The position numbers and the translations under genes were made by a program. This document shows, piece by piece, positions 36,938-49,049 of a stretch of 64,000 nt of DNA. The DNA is from Leucoraja ocellata (Eukaryota), in the NCBI GenBank assembly GCA_036785375.1, contig JAWMAR010000471.1, forward strand, positions 930,001-994,000, given 5' to 3'. Every line of letters starts with the position of its first letter. Within the stretch, counting starts at the first letter, position 1. Under the pieces are notes generated by a model. That model made no database searches. It saw only the letters and a program-made list of their open reading frames with translations, and was not told where the DNA came from.

Positions 36938-37879
36938 TTTCTCCTGTTTACAGCTGCTGCCGGCTCAGATGGCGCCGGTTGTTTTTGTGTGTTTTTTAAT
37001 GTTTACATTTTTAATGTTTAATAAATCAACACAAAAATGAAAAAAGACACGTTAATAAGGAACACTCAAATAATACACACAAGAAAAATACAAAAATAAA
37101 CAGAAACATAAAATACATAGAAATAAATTTAAAAAATGGTTAAAAAAATAAAATTATATATAATGTTTATGTGGACAAGCTTTTCCCTTTGAGAATAGGG
37201 AAGCCTCAAACAAGAGGACATGACTTCGGAATTAAGGGACAGACGTTTAGGGGTAACATGAGGGGGGATTTCTTTACTCAGAGAGTGGTAGCGGGGTGGA
37301 ATGAGCTTCCAGTGGAAGTGGTGGAGGCAGGTTCGTTGGTATAATTTAAAAATAAATTGGATAGACATATGGATGAGAAGGGAACGGAGGGTTATGTTAT
37401 GAGTGGAGGCAGGTGGGACTAAGGGAAAATAATTGTTCGGCACGGACTTGTAGGGCCGAGATGGCCTGTTTCCGTGCTGTAATTGTTATATGGTTATATG
37501 GTTATAATGCAAACAGTCACACACCCCACCCATCCCACCATGCTAATTAAGAATGAAGAGTGCTTATAAACTACGAACCTATCTCCAATGACGTATTAGA
37601 AGTAATTCGTTACACCTTTACTGTGTTTTGATATTTGTAACTCTATTTTCTCTGTTTCTATCTATATAAAAAAACACCAGAAGCAGAATTAATCGATAAT
37701 TGAAAATTTTAATAATGTATGATTGATGTATATGAAAAGTTTTTTTTTTACTATAATAAGTAAATATACTTTATAATATGTTTGCTTCTAATAAATATAT
37801 ATATATTTTTAAACGAATGAAGAGTGCACCTACACATAACCAAATTTAACAAACCAGCCCTCAGCCTGGCAGAACCTGC

Positions 37880-40800
37880 ATGTCTATAAAGTATGATTAA
37901 AAAAAAGGTTGCCATTTGTGAGAATAATTATCAATACATCACCTCAATTTATATTTACTGTTTTCAAGTTTAAGGGAAAACAGCACATCTTGGAGCCACT
38001 GTGAAATAGAGGGTGGGTTAGGAGATTTCCACTCTAGGAGTAGGCGACGTCTGGCTACAAAAGAAGTAAAATTAATATATTATTTTTGCACAGAGTTTAA
38101 TCGACCTGACTCATCCGGGGCCCCGAATATTGCAATCAATGGACAGGGCTGTAGAGGTATTCCCATTACAGGAGACATTGTATTAAAGTAGCCGATCCAA
38201 AAATTATGTAACCGTGGACAAATGAAAAACAAATGGCTCAGATGACAGTGTGGGCCCGAACATCTGGCACATTTATCCCCCATCTCTGGATAAATCCCAG
38301 ACAGTCTTGATTTAGAAAAATGGACCCCGTGTATCACCTTAAACTGAATGAGTGCGAGACGAGCGCAAGACGTAACAGTACACAAGCCCACCCACAACGT
38401 TATCCCACCACTCCTCAGTAAGTTGGAGTCCCAGTTCTTAAGACCAAACAGCCCTTGTTTTAGAGTTGGACTGATCGCAAAGATCCAGAATGCGGTTATA
38501 CATCTCTGAAACAATCCCTCTTTCTTGTGGCTTGAAAGTAAACAAACTATCCCATATTTGTCGTGGAAGTGAAGAGGGAAAATTAGATATACATTTAGAA
38601 ACAAAGTGTCTAACTGGGAAGTGCCTAAAAAAATGATTTTCTGGTAATCCATACAAAGATGATAAATTGGTAACGCTGTTAATAATACCATCTGAAAACC
38701 AAAACATAGTATGCTTTTGTTATGCCATACCGAAAAAACGGAATCCAAATGTGATCGAGGAAACAGGTAATTGTAATGTCCCTGTCCCACTTAGGAAACC
38801 TGAACGGAGACACTCGGAGACTTTGCGCCCCACCCAATGTTTCCGTGCGGTTCCCGGAGATTTTTGTCAGTCTCCCTACCTGCTTCCACTACCTGTAACC
38901 TCCGGCAACCACCTGCAACCTCCGGGAACCGCACGGAAAGTCTGCAGAGGTTTCCGTTCAGGTTCCCTAAGTTGGACGGAGGCATTAAATAATGCACCTA
39001 AATGAGATGCAGCTACAGATGCAACTACAAATTTGAAATGTTTCCTGAATTGATACCAAATCTTTAAAGTATTAAGCACAACATGATTTTTGATAAACAA
39101 TGAAATCTTGGTTGGAAGAGAGGGATATATGAGAGCATATATAGAGGGTGAAGGAGGGCAAGAGCGGGCTTCCAGTTCGCACCAAGCTAAATATGGAAAA
39201 TCAACCCAACATCGTATTTTATGAATGTGTGTAGCGCAGTAGTAGAATTGAAAGTTCGGTAAAGGAATACTGCCAATGAACTTATATCGTTGGAGTAATG
39301 ATTTACGGACCGTCGGGGGCATCACACCTCAAATAAAAGAGCTAATCATTTTGTCTAAGGAGTCAAAGATATGTTTTGGTAAGAACAAGGGAATTGGTTG
39401 AAACAAATTTACATGAAGACATTTAGGCAAAACATTCATTTTAACAATATTATTCTTCCGATTTAAAGAGAGAGGCGGATTATTCCATCTCTGAAAATCA
39501 GATTTCACTTTAGTCATGAGCAGGGAAAAGTTGGATGACAAAAGACCTGAGAATGTACTTGAATCCAGAACGAGAGATTTTAAATGGCGAATCAGCTTCC
39601 GGAAGTTGCAAACCTGCTGCGTTAATGGAGTAACATTCACTCTTGTGAAGATTTAGTTTATATTCCTGAAAAAGAACGAACAATATCCAGAATTGATAAA
39701 ATATCCGGAAGACAAGATGCAGGATCAGTTCCATACAGCACAAATCGTCCACATGCAGAGATAAACGATATTCGACAACGTTACGAACAACACATTTATA
39801 GGACGTGGAGGGCCTTCAAGAAATGGCCAGTGGTTCAATAGCTAAAGCGAAGAGAGATTGAGATAAAGGGCAGCCCTGACGTGTGCCACGTTCTAGTGCA
39901 AATTATTCAGAATGAATATCATTTGTTTGAACACTAGCTTGTGGCGATGCATAGAATAAACTTACGCAACTGATACATTTATCTCCAAAACCAAATGTCT
40001 TCAATACCGCGAATAGGTACACCCACTCAACCCTATTGAACGCCTTCTCAGCAGCTAATGCGATTACAATCTCAGGTAAATTATCAGAAGCCTTCCCTCA
40101 CAATGGGATACCTTGATCCCGCTCTGTGGGGATGTCTGTGTTAAAGACTATCGTGTTCTGTGCTCTCCTCCATGGTCAGAGCGAGCACCACCGGAAATTG
40201 GAGGAACAGCGCCTCATATTCCGCTTGGGGAGTCCGCATCCTGGGGGCATGAACATTGAATTCTCCCACTTTTGTTAGCCCTTGCTGTCTCCTCCCCATC
40301 CTATCTCTCCCTCAGCACTCCGGCTCCTCCTCCTCATTTTTCCTTTCGCCTCCCCGCCCCCTCCCTCCCCCTCTCCTCCCCATCAGTCTGAAGAAGAGGT
40401 TCGGCCCAAAACGTTGCCTATTTCCTTCGCTCCATAGATGCTGCTGCACCCGCTGAGTTTTTCCAGCATTTTTGTCTGCCTTCTATTTTACAGCATTTGC
40501 AGTTCCTTCTTAAACTCTATATTATTCGTATGGCTGTATGGCGACCACACATTTCACTGTGCCAATTGGTACATGAGACAAATAAATGTATCTTGTACCT
40601 TGCATCTTGAATGTGTTGAATTAATAATATTTGAAAGTGTACGAGTGTGGAAAAATAAATGGCGTCCCTTAACAAAGCCATTCTGTTCCTAAGAAATAAT
40701 ACTAGAGAAAACCCATTCTAGACGGAGAGCAATAATTTTGGCCACGACTTTTACATCAGCATTCAGTAAACACAGAGATCTACAAGAACCACGGGCCGTG

Positions 40801-41290
40801 GGGTCTTTATCTTTCTTTAAAATAATAATTATCGAAGCTTGAGTCAGTGTGGGAGGTGGCAAACCATTTCCCAAAGATTCATTGAACATCAACAAAAGTA
40901 GAGGTGCCAATTTATCAGGAACTAGATTGGAAATCCATCACGACCTGTTAGATTGCATTGCTGTAATTGCAAAACATAGTTCTTCAAGGAAACGTTCAGC
41001 ACCCAATTATTTTGCACGGTCAGAATCAATGGTAGGATTCTCAAGATTGGCCAGGTACTGATTCATTTTGGTAGTATCAGCAGGGAATTCTGATTTGTGT
41101 AGGGAAGAATAAAATATTCCAATGTGGCATTAATTTCCACAGGATCTGTATCAGTCGTGTTAGAAACATTATTAATTTATGTTATAAGACGTGAGGTGAA
41201 CTGGCGTTTTAATTGGCGTGCTAGTAATCGATTTGCTTTATCACCATGTTCATAATGAGTACCACGAGTTTGTAACAACAGTCGCTCAGC
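37880..41290 (-). mobile_element. Degenerate L1-clade LINE ORF2 with nested insertions
   Basis: KDKDPTARGSCRSLCLLNADVKVVAK (RT start), RWNNPPLSL...KMNVLPK and a C-terminal CARC...HLFFIC zinc knuckle; interrupted by a MITE and by a Penelope-like end at about 40090-40520. Confidence 0.8.
38777..38984. mobile_element. Harbinger-like MITE inside the L1 element
   Basis: Same terminal repeats as 3789-4012, flanked by TAA and TTA. Confidence 0.75.
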
Positions 41291-42219
41291 ACTTCTGATC
41301 AGCCATGATCATATTGAATGGCGGTGCAGGCTCGAAGGGCCGAATGGCCTACTCCTGCACCTAATTTCTATGCTTCTATGTTTCTAAATAAGATTAAACT
41401 CCACCTGAAGATTAAAACGCCTCTTAAACAGTTCTGGAGAAGGATCGGATGAACATTCTTGATCGAAGCTATTAATAGAAGATGTAAGCTCAGTAACCCT
41501 GGTATTGCGTTTATTAAAAAAAATAGAATACAACAAGGACAAAGGACATTTATTGTCACATACACAATTTCTGATGTAGTGACATTTGAGTCGCCATTTG
41601 CAGCAAACCAAGAAACGTAGGACACCACTTTAAAGAAGAATTTAACATAACACATAAACACATCACCCACAATGGTTCCCACTGTGAGGGAAGGCATCTA
41701 AGTCCAGTCCTTTTCCTCTTGTTCAACCCGTAGTCAACCCTATTTGAGGCCTCCACAGATGGAACTCAGACGTCGGGAGAACACTCTTCAGCGGCTTCGA
41801 GTGACTGGAATGTCCGCTTGCTNNNNNNNNNNNNNNNNNNNNNNNNNNNNNNNNNNNNNNNNNNNNNNNNNNNNNNNNNNNNNNNNNNNNNNNNNNNNNN
41901 NNNNNNNNNNNNNNNNNNNNNNNNNNNNNNNNNNNNNNNNNNNNNNNNNNNNNNNNNNNNNNNNNNNNNNNNNNNNNNNNNNNNNNNNNNNNNNNNNNNN
42001 NNNNNNNNNNNNNNNNNNNNNNNNNNNNNNNNNNNNNNNNNNNNNNNNNNNNNNNNNNNNNNNNNNNNNNNNNNNNNNNNNNNNNNNNNNNNNNNNNNNN
42101 NNNNNNNNNNNNNNNNNNNNNNNNNNNNNNNNNNNNNNNNNNNNNNNNNNNNNNNNNNNNNNNNNNNNNNNNNNNNNNNNNNNNNNNNNNNNNNNNNNNN
42201 NNNNNNNNNNNNNNNNNNN

Positions 42220-43205
42220 ACCGGCCACATCTAACATCAGCCAATGAACTGGCCTCAACTACCCTCTGTAGCAGAGAGTTCCAGAGATTCACCACTCTCT
42301 GTGTGAAAAAAGTTCTCCTCATCTCGGTTTTAAAGGATGCCCCCGTTATTCTTAAGCTGTGACCCCTTGTCCTGGACTTCCCCAACATCGGGAACAATCT
42401 TCCTGCATCTAGCCTGTCCAACCCCTTAAGAATTTTGTGAGTTTCTATAAGATCCCCTCTCAATCTCCTAAATTCTAGATAGTATAAACCAAATCTATCC
42501 AGTCTTTCTTCATAAGACAGTCCTGACATCCCAGGAATCAGTCTGGTGAACCTTCTCTGCACTCCCTCTATGGCAATAATGTCCTTTCTCAGATTTGGAG
42601 ACCAAAACTGTACGCAATACTCCAGGTGTGGTCTCACCAAGACCCTGTACAACTGCAGCAGAACGTCCCTGCTCCTATACTCAAATCATTTTGCTATGAA
42701 AGCCAACATCCCATTCGCTTTCTTTACTGCCTGCTGCAGCTGCATGCCTACCTTCAATGACTGGTGTACCATGACACCCAGGTCTCGCTGCATCTCCCCC
42801 TTTCCCAAACGGCCACCATTTAGATAATAGTCTGCTTTCCCGTTTTTGCCTCCAAAATGGATAACCTCACATTGATCCACATTATACTGTATCTGCCAAA
42901 CATTTGCCCACTCACCCAGCCTATCCAAGTCACCTTGCATTCTCCTAGCATCCTCCTCACAGCTAACACTGCCCCCCAGCTTAGTGTCATCTGCAAACTT
43001 GGAGATATTGCCTTCAATTCCCTCATCCAGATCATTAATATATATTGTAAATAGCTGGGGTCCCAGCACTGAGCCTTGCGGTACTCCACTAGTCACTGCC
43101 TGCCATTGTGAAAAGGACCCGTTTACTCCTACTCTTTGCTTCCTGTTTGCCAGCCAGTTCTCTATCCACATCAATACTGAACCCCCAATGCCGTGTGCTT
43201 TAAGT
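42220..43205 (-). mobile_element. CR1-like LINE RT fragment
   Basis: [21 protein letters not shown]...KFADDTKL...LVRPHLEYCVQFWSP. Confidence 0.92.
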
Positions 43206-43829
43206 TTGTTTAATCCATTGTCCTTTTATTGCGAGGTTCAATAGAAACGTCATCCCGTCACCCATTCCTTCTCCCCAGCGATGCTGCCTGCCCGCTGAGT
43301 TAAAGAGTTCCCACGGTAGACCCACGATACACTAAGTTAAACGCACGGGTCACTACGTTCTTACAACGAGTTAAAATGTTTCAATTCTTAACCACAAGAG
43401 TAAATTTGACTTGTGGAAAACTTTAAACATGTTTGATTTTTTTCAAGAGTTGACAAGTTACACGATTATCTGCCGTTAGCGCCACCAGTCTCTAAGTTGC
43501 GTTTACGAGTTCCGTGCGTTAATCGTAGGTTATTACCACGAGTTTTAACTCGGGGTATCTTGTGTCAACTCGCAACGTGAGACTCACATTTAAAATTTGC
43601 CACGGGTAAATTGTACTGCTGAAGATACAATTGAAACATTTAAACTCGTTTTAGGAACGTTGTGGCCCGTGCGTTTTCCTTATCTCAGGAGTCTATCGTG
43701 GGAACTATTTAACTCAGCGGGCAGGCAGCATCTCAGCAGAGAATGAATGGGTGACGGGATGACATTTCTATTGAACTTCGCAATGGAAGGACAATGGCTT
43801 TCATATATTGGAGATAGTGCGGACATGCG

Positions 43830-44530
43830 GGCTGCACCGCCATTCAATATGATCATGGCTGATCATCCAACTCAGTATCCTGTACCTGCCTTCTCTCCAT
43901 ACCCCCGATCCCTTTCGCCACAAGGGTCACATCTAACTCGATCTTAAATATAGCAAATGAACTAGCCTCAACTACCTTCTGTGGCAGAGAATTCCACAGA
44001 TTCACCACTCTCTGTGTGAAAAGAGGTTTTTCTCATCTCGGTCCTAAAAGACTTCCCCCTTATCCTTAAACTGTAACCCCTTGTTCTGGACTTCCCCAAC
44101 ATCGGGAACAATCTTCCTGCATCTAGCTTGTCCAACCCCTTAAGAATGTTGTACCTTTTTATATGATCCCCCCTCAATCTTCTAAATTCTAGCGAGTACA
44201 AGCCGAGTCTATCCAATCTTTCTTCATATGAAAGTCCTGACATCCCAGGAATCCCAGGAAAATCTAACGCCTCAGGATGGAGTTGAAGAGGAAATATAGG
44301 GGAGTCTCTGGAACTCTCTGCCACATAAGGTAATTGAGGCCAGTTAATTGGCTATATTCAAGAGGGAGATAGATGTGGCCCTTGTGGCTAAACGGACCAG
44401 GGGGCATGGAGAGAAAGCAGGTACAGGATACTGAGTTGGATGATCAGCCATGATCATATTGAATGACGGTGCAGGCTCGAAGGGCCGAATGGCCTACTCC
44501 TGCCCCTATTTTCTATGTTTCTATGTTTCT
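43830..44530. mobile_element. Two oppositely oriented CR1 3' ends
   Basis: Minus-strand copy at about 43830-44250 and plus-strand copy at about 44300-44530. Confidence 0.8.
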
Positions 44531-44829
44531 AATCGATTTCCAGAGATTTCGGTCATGGCGCATGGCCGCTAGTTTAAAATAAACGATATGGGAAGGAGAG
44601 TGTAGCCACGGCAATGGTTTCTTAAGGTGCCCAGTGGTCGCTATGGGTATTATGAATTCACTGTAAGATTTATTTCGGAGAATTAATTATATGTACCGAG
44701 TCAAATGTTGGCCAAGCCAGTTGGAGAAGCTCGACCAGACAGGGCCATGTTGATTTGGTGCTGATACAACATGAAGCTCGATGACCTATATCCGAATAAA
44801 TGCAAGCATATAATATTAATAATAATAAC

Positions 44830-45340
44830 TTTATTTGTTAAGCACCTTAAAAAACAACCAAAGCTGACCAAAGTGCTGTACAGAAAAAGAAAATAAGCAA
44901 GACATCATAAAACAGGCAGAACAACAGAACATACAGCTAACACGAGGCGCATAAATTACATTCGAAAATCCAAACAATAAATTAAAAGACATACAACACG
45001 AGTACGAACCACGCAGCAAAACCAAGCAAATAAAGTAAATACATAATTCGACACCTTACTGGTCTACAAAGGCCACGGAGAATAGATATGTCTTCAGGAG
45101 TGACTTAAAACAGCTAGAGAGGGGCTTGTTTAACGTACAGAGGCAAATCATTCCACAATCTCAGAGCCGACACAGCAAAGGCACGGTCCCCTCTGAGCTT
45201 CCGCTTAGTTTTTGGCTCAATCAGGAGCAGCTGATCATCTGACCTGAGAGAGCGGGAGGGTGTATAAGGGTGAAGACGCTCAGATAGGTAGGACGGGGCA
45301 AGACTATTTAGGGATTTAAAAGTAAATAAAATAATTTAAA
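44830..45340 (-). mobile_element. L2-like LINE 3' fragment
   Basis: FKSLNSLAPSYLSE...PSRSLRS...GDRAFAV...LWNDLP; related copy at about 59190-59575. Confidence 0.75.
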
Positions 45341-45643
45341 AACGAAAATATATATATATGTATTTTTTAGAAGTAGCGTACAGTAGTATATGCATATGAC
45401 AAACATTTCGTGCACAACTTATATTTTAAATTTAACAAGAAAAATGTAGATCAAGAAAGAGAGAGAACGAGAGGAGAAAAGAGTGAAGGAGGTTGTAATG
45501 CGTAAACCCCTAGAGTACCAGATGGGCAGTCCAGGGGTAAACAAGTGATAACCTGTCCAAAAATAACGACAAAAACACATAAAACTGTAAAAAAAAAAAA
45601 TTTAAAAAGGGGGAAAGAAAGATACAACATGAAGCTCGATGAA

Positions 45644-48600
45644 CTATATCCGAATAAATGCAAGCATATATTTGAGTGCGTGCAGCAACTCTCCCCTGAA
45701 CCGCCGCTGGGTGACCATGTAAATGGCCGTGTTTGTGCAGGAGCTCAGCAGGTGAACCATAACGCTGATGTCTTCAAACACCACAAAAGGTCTGATCCAG
45801 GTCCTGCGTGCAAAGGCTTTCACCAAGTTATAGTATATGAAATGTACCACAGATGTCGCCCAGAGTACTATAAAGGTGATGGTGATAGCAAGGAGTAAAA
45901 CGATGGACCGTCTGCGGTTCACCGTCTCTGGGTCCATCTCCGTCTCGTTACTACCGAGGTCCCGGAGATTTCGGCGGACACGACTGGCCACGACGATACG
46001 TCTGACGATGAGCGCGTTCAGGAACAAAATAACACAGAATGGGACAACTGGGGTTAGCAACCGTTCGGTCCACGAAAATGCTACCCATGCCGGGACAGTA
46101 TAGAAATATGTGGATATAAAGCAACCCAGCTGTATGCGCTCATTATAGCCCCTGAAAACAAAAGGCCAGGGGATATTCTTTAAACCGAAGAGCGCGCTGA
46201 TGGTCACTATAACCACCAGCGCCGTTCTCTCAGTGCAATATTTGTTTCTCATCGTCTGAGTGGAAATGGCCACAAAGCGATCAAAGGTGAAAGCGACCGT
46301 GAACCAAACGGAACAGTCGACGGCCGCCGGAGAGAGGAAGCGAATGAGTCTGCACACAGCGGTGTAGGATAAGAAAGACTTCCGCCAATAAAGCTCCGTA
46401 ATCTGATGTAATATCACCTCGCAGACGATCACCGAGAGATCCGCTGTCGCCATGGCCACCAAATACCTCGTGATGCACTTGGAGAGACCACACTTTCCGC
46501 GCGACAGGACAACAATGGCCAACAGGTTCACTAGGAGAACAAGAAATAATGTATTATGGGACGAGCGAACACTGTGACCAACTTCAAAACAGTCAATGCC
46601 GAAAAACATTCCGCAGATGAGGATATGAAAAGAGATTCCCTCCACCTAAGGACGGGAGAGTGCCGACCGGTTCCTTAGTTTAAGAAGGGAAGTGGAGGAA
46701 ATCCAGAGAATCGCAGGATTTTGAGTCTCAAGTCAGTGGTGGGAAAGTAGTTGGTGATAATGTTTCCCGATATTATTAACTTCCATATGGAAGTGAATGG
46801 ACTAATTAGGAACAGTCGACATGGCTGTTTTCAACAAAAATGACATGTGTTATTGATTTGTCGAATAGTTTGGAGATGTGTCAAAGGTAATCGATTACTG
46901 TAATAGTGGTGGCTGTGTCTATATGGACTTCATTTCGGCATTTGATGAAGTCTGGTGTGAGTATGATGCGGAGTATTAAGATAACAATAATAATAATACA
47001 TTTTATTTATAGGGCCTTTCAAGAGTCTCAAGGACACCTCACAAAATTTAGTAACAGAATAACAAACATGTAAGCAGAATGAAACAAAAACAAAAAATAA
47101 CGACAAAAATTAAAAAAATATATATAATAATAATAAAAGATGCACAGGGATTTACAGTGACTCGATCGTATCCATCCTGGATGCTTTGTGAATAGAAGAC
47201 AGAGATTTGTAGTGGACGCGCGTTGTCATGGCTGGGTAGCTGTGCTGGTGGAGTTACGTAGATTTGTGCGCTGGAAGCTGTGTTGTTTGTGATATATATA
47301 AATGACTTGGACATCAATGCAGACAGGTTGCCTAGTCCGTTGGCAGACGGCATCAACATGGCTGGAGTTGTAAAAATATGAGGAAGGCTGTCAAAGTATA
47401 CCGTGGGATATAGATCAGCTACAGAAATGGGCGGGGAAATTGCAGGGATGAGCCCAAGCAAGTGTGAGCTGTTGATCTGTGAGATGTCGAATGGAAAGCG
47501 CAATTCTACAGGTAATGGCAAGATTCTTAACCACACTAATGTACATACTCAATTGATGTGATGTGCAAGGGGGTTCATTTGAGTGGCAGGTCAGATACAG
47601 GCACGGTACATTGCATTATCAATTCTCTCTGTCCCCCTGAACATCTTCGACACATATATATAAACATATACCTACACAGACCACAAGGAACGCAGTGACT
47701 CTGCATCGGCGCTGATTCTGCTGAGTCATTCCCACAATTAATAGTACTAGCTGTAATTATGCTCTTGAGAAAGACACAGCGGAGACATATTCCCAAGATA
47801 AGAAAGAAGAAAGATTCAAAATACATTCATCGAATGCGCGAGATAAAATTCAAATTTGCTAGATGGAAGTAGCGCTTTCGGGAAAATGTTGCCAATGAAA
47901 CCGCCATTTAAGTTGAGCAGGGCTCAACAATTCACCATTCGCCGGGCGTGATGATGAAGCACGTTTCAACTAATGTTTCGGATGGAAAGATAAACTACTG
48001 ACTAGAGCAGGGACGTCACAATATAGAAACATAGAAACATAGAAATTAGGTGCAGGAGTAGGTCATTCGGCCCTTCGAGCCTGCACCGCCATTCAATATG
48101 ATCATGACTGAACATCCAACTCAGTATCCCGTTTCTCAGTATATTCAGTTTTTAAATGGAACAATCACGACATAGAAGGATAGAAAATAGGTGCAGGAAT
48201 AGAGGCCATTCGGCCCTTCAAGCCTGCACCGCCATTCAATACTGATCAGCCACAATCAGTAGCCCGTTCCTGCCTGCTCTTCATACCCCCTGATCCCTTT
48301 ACCACAAAGGTCACATCTAACTCCCTCTAAAATATAACCAATGCACTGGCCTCAACCACCTTCTGTGGCAGAGAATTCCACAGATTCACTACTCTCTGTG
48401 TGAAAAATGTTTTTTTCTCATCACGGTCCTAAAAGACATCCCCCTTATCCTTAAACTGTGACCCCTTGTTCTGGACTTCCCCAACATCGGGAACAATCTT
48501 CCTGCTTCTAGCCTGTTCAACCCCAAGAATTTTGTAAGTTTCTATAAGATCCCCCCTCAATCTTCTATATTCTAGCGAGTACAAGTCGAGTCTATCCAGA

Positions 48601-49049
48601 CTTTCTTCATATGAAAGTCCTGGCATCCCAGGCATCAGTCTGGTGAACCTTCTCTGTACTCCCTGTATGGCAAGAATGTCTTTCCTCGGATTATCTGCTC
48701 CAGCTGAGGGATGTAATCCATCAGTTCGGATCATAGTGCCGGCGTGTTCCATTTACCACCAACATTATACGTACGCAATCCAGAACATTGATGAATGACA
48801 TGCTCTAAGCATCGCTACCATATTAGCAAGTAAACACTTTAAACCAATTACTTTATCTCCCGATGTGCATTAACCTGCTGCGTTAACCTGCCATCTTCCT
48901 TTTTCTTGAAAACGCCGCCGTTTCCAGACCCATATTTCCACCTTGCGTGCATTCCACCAAGCAGTTATCAGTGACTTACCGGGGACTCCAATCAATGCTA
49001 AACATGGGTAATACACGGGTTTTATCCATTCTACCAGAATCGCACTCAT
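45644..49049 (-). CDS. GPCR-3: GPR139/GPR142-like class A GPCR, two exons, 318 aa, intact, divergent subfamily
   Basis: Exon 1 49049-48980 (MSAILVEWIKPVYYPCLALIGVP + G|GTAAGT); exon 2 46530-45644 (CTCCTAG|TG): VNLLAIVVLSRGKCGLSKC...SVWFTVAFTFDRF...SSCTNTAIY. Confidence 0.92.
48025..48690 (-). mobile_element. CR1-like LINE 3' fragments in GPCR-3 intron
   Basis: Two 3' UTRs and RKDILAIQGVQRRFTRL...LEYRRLRGDLIE. Confidence 0.85.

Noticed and set aside
46531-46645. N-terminal extensions of the GPCR ORFs in the ORF track (also 62815-62875)
   Set aside because: These are intronic read-through upstream of clear splice acceptors; the true first exons were found further upstream.
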